From Octopus sinensis (taxonomy: Eukaryota), in the NCBI RefSeq assembly GCF_006345805.1, contig NW_021835223.1:1-42863 (forward strand): 42,863 bases of DNA, in the 5' to 3' direction. The notes under the pieces are model-generated. The model was not told where the DNA came from and searched no databases. It saw only the letters and a program-made list of their open reading frames with translations. The first letter of the stretch is position 1; each line of letters begins with the position of its first letter. Below, piece after piece: positions 33,319 to 42,863 of the stretch. Made by a program: the position numbers and the translations under genes.

Positions 33319-35250
33319 TCTTCGGACAAGAAACCGCGAACAAACCAACTCTAACATCAAACCTTCTGCTACTTCAGCATCCTGCGTTGATTTGGCTCTC
33401 CTCTATAGTCGATTTAGCAGTTAGTTTATTGATCACTGACGTGTTAATGCTTATGTTGTGCAGAGTATTATTTGAACTAAAAGAACCGTGAACAATCGTA
33501 GCCACGAACCTTTTATCGACAAATATCCTTTTTTGTGCTCTCTACTCTGCACTAGCTCTGCAGCCACTATTGAAAATTATGATTGAATGAATCTTCAGTG
33601 AATGTTTAATGTTTCTATTTTTTTTTTCTATTTTCTGTTTTCGAAATCTACCACTATTTTAGTAACAAAACATGTATGATAATAAAACAAAATAAACAAC
33701 AAAAAGAAGAAAATTAAAGTTGATCAAAAACAAATAGGTAACAAAACCTTACAAATATTTATAGTATGAGTGAAGCGATGTAAAATCGAAGACGTTTGAT
33801 CTTTCCCACTAAAATAAAATCAATTAAACAAAGAAAAAGAAAATAGTTAATAAAAAAAAGCAAGAGCGAGCATGGTGGATGAAATAACTGGCTATAAAAT
33901 ATTTGTGCATTTTCCTGATCTTTGCATACGGCGGATATAAATGTTCGGTTGTGTAAAAGCTGCATTTTTGCCAAAACGCTGAAAATAAACAAATAACTAA
34001 TGGAATGATTACACGTGGAGGTATTTATTTGCGTGGGAAATTCAATAGATTTACTACTAAAAATATAATACAAAATTGAAGAAAATATCGATTTACAAAA
34101 GCATAGAAACAGTAAAATTAGTGAATGATATAGAATACAACATATAGAATGTTTATAGTTCAAGAGATAAGCTACCTGTCATGAACACCCAGTTATTTTC
34201 TATTATCCATTAATACTCGCTGGAAGGATGAGGACCTGACAAAACTCTATCTGCCATCGACTAAAATTATAAAACGTTGCACCCAGTCAAGAAGAAAAGA
34301 ATCACACTTCATCAATCTCCGTGAGCCTGTCCACAACCTCAGATTAGATCAATCTTCTTCTGTTGCGATTAAAGCGTCAGAGTAACAGAAAGATAAAAGG
34401 GAAAATGTCGGGTATTTTTTTTTTCATATTCGTGCCTTCTTTAAGCAGGGTATTAACATATATGAAGTCACCGAAATGAGAAATTAAAACGAAATCACAT
34501 ATTTACTAGTGTTATAACCACTATGATTTAGAACCTTGATACAAGGTCACATATTTTTTGAAGAGACTGATTGACTCATTTCCAGTATATTACTGAATCC
34601 TTTTTCTTTATCGATTTAAAGGTGTAAAGGTAGGTCGGCTCCGGTTGGTATTAATTATAGAAGATAAAGGTGTGCAATAAATATGACAATTCATTTAATC
34701 TCACCTTTTGCTATATCTATTACTCCATCCCTACAAGTATTATCATGATTGTCATTGCCAAGATACTTTCACAATCGTAATGATATTAAGTATCTCCTTG
34801 CAACAAAAGGAAAAGTTGACATTGCGTAGATTTGAGATCAAAATAGCATGAAATTAATCCCTGTCACTATCCATGGTTGTATCAATACAATTCTGTCAAG
34901 AAGAATGCAACAATAAAGAACTCTTACATTACAAATATACTGGGTAATAATCTCCAATGCATACATTACAGAATCCGGCAAGCTGGCCTTATGAGCCTAC
35001 GGTTGGGGAAGTCCTTTCTTTGACATATACACATATATACAAATATACTGCAAATATTTTGCCCAGCTCTCTACTGCTTCAACCATTCACCAGCATATTG
35101 AAAAAATAAACGAAGCAATCAAGACTCAGTGAAAGAATCTATTCGCAATCACTGCTCCTGCTAAAAAGTGCTGTCAAATCCCCCTTAACATCCTGTCGCC
35201 TTACTAATAGAGCACATTGAATAATTTTAGTATAAGATACAATGTACTCT

Positions 35251-35490
35251 GGCGAATTGGCGGATTCGGCGCGCCTGATAGAATGCTTTGTGGTGTCCAT
35301 TCCGTATTTCGGTCTTCTGAGTTCGATTTCTACCGATTCCAAATTTATCTTTCATCCTTTTTGCTTCGATAAATAAAGTAACAGTCTGTGGTGACGGATT
35401 GGCAGAATGGTTAAAGCGTCGGACAAGATGCATGGCAGTATCTGTTATGATTCTTTGTTGTGTAAGTTCAAATCCAACCGAAGTTTCGAT
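35251..35490 (+). mobile_element. Two adjacent old family-2-like SINE fragments
   Basis: GGCGAATTGGCGGA...TCTGAGTTCGATTTC...TTTCATCCTTT, then TTGGCAGAATGGTTAAAGCGTCGGAC...AGTTCAAATCC. Confidence 0.55.
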
Positions 35491-36244
35491 AGATACGGCT
35501 AAGCACTTGACCAACACACAAATGGTCATTGCTGGCGGATGCCTCTGTATCCTCCAGGAATTGACTGACAGCAGCTCAATGGGATTCTATATGTTAAAAA
35601 AATAAAGACGAGATGGTGAGGGCTGAAGTTTCTTTCATCACAAGTCTGCTATATAAGGACTGTGCTGGGAATACAAAACTATAGTAAAGGAAAAATACTC
35701 AAATAGAAAGAATGAATTAGTTGAAAATGCTTGATGAGAAGTGAATATGCGATATATGTCATACATATTCACTAATTATTGAAATATGGGAGATGGTTGG
35801 GATAGTGTGAGTTATTTATAAATATTACGTCTACCGTAACAATGATCTCTATAATAAGAGCATAAATAACAAAAACGAACAGATATAAATAGGAGAATAG
35901 AACAACAGAAAATGGCGGACAACAATGGGAATAATATAATCAACAAAATGGCAGGCTGCAACTTATTCAACATCAATAACAGAAACACGCTAACAGGAGC
36001 AGCAGCAGCAGCAGCAGCAGCTTTGTTAGCAAAATCAGTGATATATAAAATAATAAAACAATTACAAAAACCATGATATCAATAATAACAAGGTCAAAAA
36101 TAAAATTTGCGATGGCGACTACGATGACGACGACGACAACAACAAAAATAGACAATAAGCAAAAAAACAAAAACAGAATAATGATCTTAATGACCTTCTC
36201 AATCTCGATTCATTTAACAATAGCTGTACTGTACATTAGCATAA

Positions 36245-36574
36245 CGGTAATAATGATGACGACGACAACCACGACGATGGTCATTCCGATGCATGCTGAT
36301 GATGATAATGATGATGATGAGTATGATGATGATGACGACGATGACGACGATAGGGGATGGCAATGATTATGCTGACGATGATAAAGATGGCGATGATAAT
36401 GGTAAAGATGATCAAGGTTTTGATAATAATGACAAGACGACAATGATAATGATGGTGACGGATGAAAACGACGATGACGACGACGACGATGATGACGATG
36501 ATGATGGTGATGATGACGATAATGATGGTGATGATGATGATGAGGAGGAGGTGGGGATGATAATGATGACGATT

Positions 36575-36628
<54 letters not shown>

Positions 36629-36660
36629 TGATGGTATTGGTGGTGATCGTGGTGGGAATG
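36245..36660. repeat. Degenerate (GAT)n/(GAC)n array
   Basis: Direct reading. Confidence 0.9.
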
Positions 36661-36812
36661 GCAAAAGCTGCTGGAAGGAAAACCCTATATAAAATTGCAG
36701 AAGAATATGCATAAATGCATTGATATCGGAAGATTTGCATTAGAAAATATAAAAAACATTCAAATTAATCAAATTATACACATATATATATATGTATGTA
36801 TATATGCGTGTG

Positions 36813-36878
<66 letters not shown>

Positions 36879-37010
36879 ATATATATGTAAATATATGTAT
36901 ATGTGGATATAATATATATCCATGTATGAATATAATATAATATATATGTGTGTGTGTGTATTTATATGTATATATGTATATTTCTGAATTTCTATACGTA
37001 ATACACACAC

Positions 37011-37056
<46 letters not shown>

Positions 37057-37139
37057 TCTATATAATATACATCCACACACACACAATATATATATAATAT
37101 ACATACATACATACATACATACATACACATAATATATAC

Positions 37140-37476
37140 ATACATACAAATTTACACCCAACACATATTATATACATACATACAAATACACACACACACA
37201 CACATATACATTACATACAAATACACACACAAAACACATATATACATACATACAAATACACACACACACACACACATACATATATACATACATACAAATA
37301 CACACACACACCACACATATTATATATCCACATACACACATATACAACAACTACACACACACACACACAATATATATACATACATACAAATACACACACA
37401 CAACACACATATATATACATACATACAAATACCACACCCACACCACACCACATATATATACATACATAAATAAAAT

Positions 37477-37507
<31 letters not shown>

Positions 37508-38100
37508 CATACATACAAATACACACACACACACACACACATATATATACATACATACAAATACACACACACACACACACATATATATATACATACAAAT
37601 ACACACACACACACATATATACATACATACAAATACACACACACACACACATACATATATACATACATACAAATACACACACACACACAACATATATATA
37701 TACATACATACAAATACACACACACACACACACATATATATACATACATACAAATACACACACACACACACACATATATATACATACATACAAATACACA
37801 CACACACACACACATATATATACATACATATACAAACACACACACACACACACACACTATATATATACATACATACAAATACACACACACACACACACAC
37901 ACATATATACAATACATACCCACAACTACACACACCACACACACACATATATATATACATACCAAATACAACACACACACACATATATATACACCAATAC
38001 ACACAACACACATATATATATATACACAAATACACACACACACACATATATGATACATACAAATACACACACACACACACACATATATATCTATTATATA
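37140..38100. repeat. Microsatellite-derived minisatellite, unit ~35-45 bp: (TA)n-CATACATA-CAAATA-(CA)n, roughly 20 units
   Basis: The CATACATACAAATACACAC anchor recurs throughout and is most regular at 37480-37900. Confidence 0.9.
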
Positions 38101-38299
38101 TAGATCTATATATATATATATATATATATCTATATATATAATAATATATATATATATATATATATGCGTGAAAAGCACCATAGCAGGGGCCCAACCGATT
38201 GATAGATCAAGAGATTAAGATATGCAGGTCGATGACGTAGCCCATTGTCCATTTATAGAATAAACACTCAGTCGTCATAGTGTCTATCGCCAATAATCG

Positions 38300-39110
38300 C
38301 CAACTATATTTATGATGTTCAACCGAGCTTACTTTATACTCCACCAACACACCACAACCACCACCACCAACACCATAATCCCCACGGCCATCACTGCCAT
38401 CTCCACTGTCGATGTCTCCACCACCGTCAGCATTAAGGCCAGCATCAACACTACTGCCAATTTCACAAGCCCCACGAACACAAACCCACCACATACCACC
38501 ATCACCACCTCAAGACCTGAAGCAAGTCCAACACCTCTGTAACATACACATACACTCACACTCTCACAAACACACACACACACACACACACACATACACA
38601 CACACACATACACACACACGCGTCCACTCCTACCACTGCAATCCATTCAATTAACATTATCACTTCTGCTACCTCCTTCCGTGGTCAATGTTATCATCAC
38701 CGTCACCGGCACCAAAACCACAAGCAACGACCACCACAAGCATCATCACCATCACCATCACCACCACCTTCGCTGCCGTCACCACCGTCACCACCAACTC
38801 CACCACCACTACCACCATTACCTTCACCTTTTCCACCACCATCACCACCATTAACATTTCTACACCACCACCACCACAACCACGATCACCACAATCATCA
38901 CGATCACCACCACCACCACCACCATTTCTGCCACTACTACCGCCACCATCACCGTTACCATCACAATAGCAAGAGCATTTAAACATATTTTCTGACGATC
39001 ATATCTCTGAAACTACGACTTCTACTAATGACCATTTTCCTCAATGACTACGACCAATATTACTACCAACGCCGCCACAGCCGCCACTAACACCAGCACC
39101 ACCACCGCTC
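38300..39110. repeat. Degenerate (CAC)n/(CA)n low-complexity region
   Basis: Direct reading. Confidence 0.85.
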
Positions 39111-39279
39111 TGCCATACCATTATAGAACGTTCATGTGGTCGCTCGAAACCTTGAAATAGCAACCACCTAATTCACGTCTTGGAGAATAAGATCTAAGAG
39201 AGAAAAGAACATGTTGGATATTTTCAAAAATAAAAACGTGATTGTTGCGGTAGTAATGCTTCGATGATGGCTGATAGCA

Positions 39280-39283
39280 TCAG

Positions 39284-39335
<52 letters not shown>

Positions 39336-39364
39336 GCAGCAGCAGCAACAATAAGAATACCACC

Positions 39365-39396
<32 letters not shown>

Positions 39397-40245
39397 CAAC
39401 AACAGCAACAGCAAGAATAGCAATAACAACGGCAACAGAAATAACAACAGCAGCTGCAGCAACAACAACATCAACAGCAGTTACAAGAAGAAGAAGAAGA
39501 CCAACAACAGCAGCAGCAACAATAACAACAACACCACCGATAGCTAAAAAACAACAGTAGCAGCAGCAGCAGAAGAAGAAGAAGAAGAAGAAGAAGAAGA
39601 AGAAGAAGAAGAAGAAGAAGAAGAAGAGAAGAAGAAAAAAAACATAACAACAACAGCAGCAGCAGCGGTAGCAGAAGGGGAAGAAGAAGAAGAAGAAGAA
39701 GAAGAAGAAAACATCAACAACAACAACACCAACAACAAGAACAACAACAACAGCTGCAGCAAGAAGAAGATGAAGAAGAAGAAGAAGAACAACAACAACA
39801 ACAACACCAACAACACCAACAACAAGAACAACAACAACAGCTGCAGCAAGAAGAAGAAGAAGAAGAAGAAGAAGAAGAAGAAGAAGAAAACAATAACAAC
39901 AACAGCAGCAGCAGCGGTAGCAGAAGGGGAAGAAGAAGAAGAAAGAAGAAGAAGATGAAGAAAACATCAACAACAACAACACCAACAACAAGAACAACAA
40001 CAACAGCTGCAGCAAGAAGAAGATGAAGAAGAAGAAGAAAAGAAGAAGAAGAAGAACAACAACAACAACAACAACACCAACAACAAGAACAACAACAACA
40101 GCTGCAGCAGAAAAGAAGAAGAAGAAGAAGAAGAAGAAGAAGAAGAAAAAGAAGAAGAAGAAGAAAAAGAAGAAGAAGAAGAAGAAGAAGAAGAAGAAGA
40201 AGAAGAAGAAGAAGAAGAAGAAAAAGAAGAAGAAGAAGAAGAAAT
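39280..40245. repeat. Compound (CAA)/(CAG)/(GAA) array with higher-order blocks
   Basis: CAGCTGCAG recurs five times. The block ...AACAACAACAGCAGCAGCAGCGGTAGCAGAAGGGGAAG starts near 39645 and 39895. Confidence 0.9.
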
Positions 40246-40897
40246 ACGACCACGATTAAGACGACTACCATTAAACACTGCAGTTGCTTTATGGTTTCTT
40301 TCATTGTTTTTTATCCAACATTCCATCTCTAATTTTAATCGGCATTAGGGGCGTACATGAACGACCGTCTGCCGTTCGGTATAGTATTCTGAGTTTCTGG
40401 GGGTTTTAGCAGTACTGGTGGTAGTGATAGTGTTGATTATGGTGGTGATTATTGCGATAATAGTGGTTACTACTTGTGGTTGTGGTGGCAGTGCTGGTTG
40501 TGATAGTCGCAGCCTTGGTTATAAATCTCCTGGCTGTGGTGACTCATAGGAATTGCTGGAAGTGGAGTCTACAAAGATGGTCGTTATGATGGTGTTTATT
40601 GCGAAGATGGTGTTAACAGCTTAGGTTTTTGCTTCTGGTTTAGGTAGTTGGAACGGTGGTGATTGTGGTAGTGTTAACGGTAGTTATGATAAAGTTGTTT
40701 CAGGTTCTAGTTCCGGTTCCGCTAGGCATAGGAACGACAGTGGTTGTGCGTTATTGGAGGTGTTGCTGCTTCATGCGCTGATGGCCGTAATGGTGACGGT
40801 TTTGATAGCAGTGGTTGTGAGGTTAGCAAATATCATGGTGTTGATAGATACTGTGCTGGAAGTTTGGTGAGCTGGCTGTGATTGATTCCTTAGTGGT

Positions 40898-41504
40898 CTT
40901 CTTCTTCTTCTTCTTCTTCTTCTTCTTCTTCTTCTTCTTCTTCTTCTTCTTCTTCTTCTTCTTCTTCTTCTTCTTCTTCTTCTTCTTCTTCTTCTTCTTC
41001 TTCTTCTTCTTCTTCTTCTTCTTCTTCTTCCTCCTCCAATCAGGACTCATACCATTAGCCACAAAGAATAATCTCTAATTCGAGCCTACTCTAAGCTACT
41101 AAGAATGCGTGTGGCAACTTGAAGATCCACTCACCACACGCGATAGACTGGCGGTTGCACGGGCGCGAAAGCTACGTTGTTATCCTCATTCCGTTAACGG
41201 TGGCTTTTAAAGGGTAGAGAGCTGAACCATCCTGGGGTACAGGCGATACGCAATCTAGACTAGGGTTTGAAAGTTTACCACACAATAGTGGTTACACCAT
41301 GGTTCTTCTGCTTTGTGGCAGAAGTAGGAAGAAAGAGTGAGAGAAAGTTGTGGTGAAAGAGTACAGCGGGGTTCATCACCACCCCCGCCATGGAGCTTAG
41401 GTGTTTTTGATCAATAAACACTCACAATGCCCGGTTTGGGAATCGAATCCGCGTTCTTACGACCGCGAGTCCGCTGCCCTAACCACTGGGCCATTACGCC
41501 TCCA
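40898..41504 (-). mobile_element. Family-1 SINE with a distinct ~290-bp 3' module and long (AAG)n tail
   Basis: Head and body at 41504-41321 match the copies at 260 and 13072. 41320-41031 is unique in the window. The (CTT)n at 40898-41030 reads as (AAG)n on the SINE strand; its assignment as the tail is inferred. Confidence 0.75.
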
Positions 41505-41557
41505 CTCCGTAGTAGTTGAAGTGGTATCACTTCTGATGGTGGAATTTGTGATGGTAG

Positions 41558-41807
41558 GGCGGCGAGCTAGTAGAATCGTTATCACGCCGAGCGAAATGCT
41601 ACGCGGTATTTCGTCTGCCGCTACGTTCTGAGTTCAAATTCCGCCGTGGTCGACTTTGCTTTTCATCCTTTCGGGGTCGATTAAATAAGTACCAGTTACA
41701 CACTGAGGTCGATATAATCGACTTAATTCGTTTTCTGTCCTTGTCTGTCCTTGTCTGTCCTCTCTGTGTTTAGCCCCTTGTTGTGGGTAGTAAAGAAATA
41801 GGTATTT
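41558..41807 (+). mobile_element. Full-length family-2 SINE
   Basis: GGCGGCGAGCTAG...GCTTTTCATCCTTTCGGGGTCG...GTAAAGAAATAGGTATTT. Confidence 0.9.
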
Positions 41808-42059
41808 GTGATGGTGGTAGTTGCGATAATGGCGGTTTTGTGTTGGTGGTGGTGTTGGTAGTGCTGGTGATTGTGGTGGTGATGTTTATGTTTCCAGTTG
41901 TGATACTGGTTGTTGTTGTTGTGTTGATAGAAGAGTTGGTTGAAAAGGAGAAAGGAGATTCAGTGAAGTAAGATCGATTAATGCTCCAATGGGTTTCACA
42001 CTCATAACCTCACTGTATTGTCAAAAGCAGAAACAGATGCATGCACACTCCACCTATTC

Positions 42060-42417
42060 CACCGCAACCACCACCACCGCCGCCGCCACCGACACATACA
42101 TGCACACACAAACGCACTCATAAACTCATACATACATGGAAATGTATGTACACATACACACCTATACGAAGAGAGAGAGGGAAGGATGAATTGTAATAAA
42201 ACCTCTATTTATCCATACATAATACATACATATAGCACATATGTAAATACATACACACGCACACACACACACACATATACACACACACATATACACACAC
42301 ATATACACACACATGCACACATATGTATAAATAAGGTGCTTATACACATTCACTGAGAGACTGAAGATAACTCTAGCAAACACATTAATCAATACTGAAG
42401 AATACCCACACTTCGCC

Positions 42418-42453
<36 letters not shown>

Positions 42454-42670
42454 CATACACAAGCATTCATATACACACACTCATACACACACAGTCATAC
42501 ACACTTAAATACACAAATCCTCATGCACATACACGCGCGCAAGAACATTCATAGGTATACATATTTTTATCACATTCTCACATGCACAAAGACCTACGCT
42601 CAGCCACATATATACAGTATAATGATATTTTACTCTCATATACATACACACATATACATACACACATAAG
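42060..42670. repeat. Patchy (CA)n/(TACA)n microsatellites
   Basis: Direct reading. Confidence 0.8.
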
Positions 42671-42863
42671 TGACTAAAGCACGAAATCATGATTTCATTA
42701 CTGTTTATATTAATTCAGAACTGTTATTAGTCACGCACTTACTCAACGGATGTCAAAACATAAGATTTATTTTGTATTATTATTATTTTTGGAAGGATAA
42801 ATAAATTTCTTTTGTCTATCAAGACTCTTACAATGCCTCATCGATGCCTTGAATGCGCTGTGA

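Overview
This is AT-rich, repeat-saturated animal DNA, most likely intronic or intergenic. The tRNA-derived SINE families and the dense (TA)n/(CA)n/(CAT)n microsatellites point to an octopod cephalopod (Octopus sp.; inferred, not searched). I found no intact protein-coding gene, rRNA, true tRNA or CRISPR array. Nearly all ORFs in the track are translated microsatellites or SINEs. The real coding remnants are all dead transposon pieces: a hAT transposase, four mariner-derived pieces, a Penelope-like element (PLE) with its GIY-YIG endonuclease, a CR1/L2-group LINE 3' end and an RLE-type (R4/Dong/HERO-like) LINE 3' end. The standout signal is not in the ORF track. I count 11 type-I hammerhead ribozyme (HHR) motifs plus one half-motif, in about six to eight small non-coding repeat families, most of them abutting (TA)n. 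One 571-bp tandem monomer carries a fully intact HHR and is folded into a ~540-bp palindrome whose junctions fit twin priming on a >2-mer or circular RNA template. The PLE 3' region carries six fixed-spacing CCAAT/CRE modules, then TATA and Inr, pointing at a U3-A8 variant HHR. Together these suggest a PLE-driven retrozyme ecosystem. All folds were done by eye; activity and novelty are untested.
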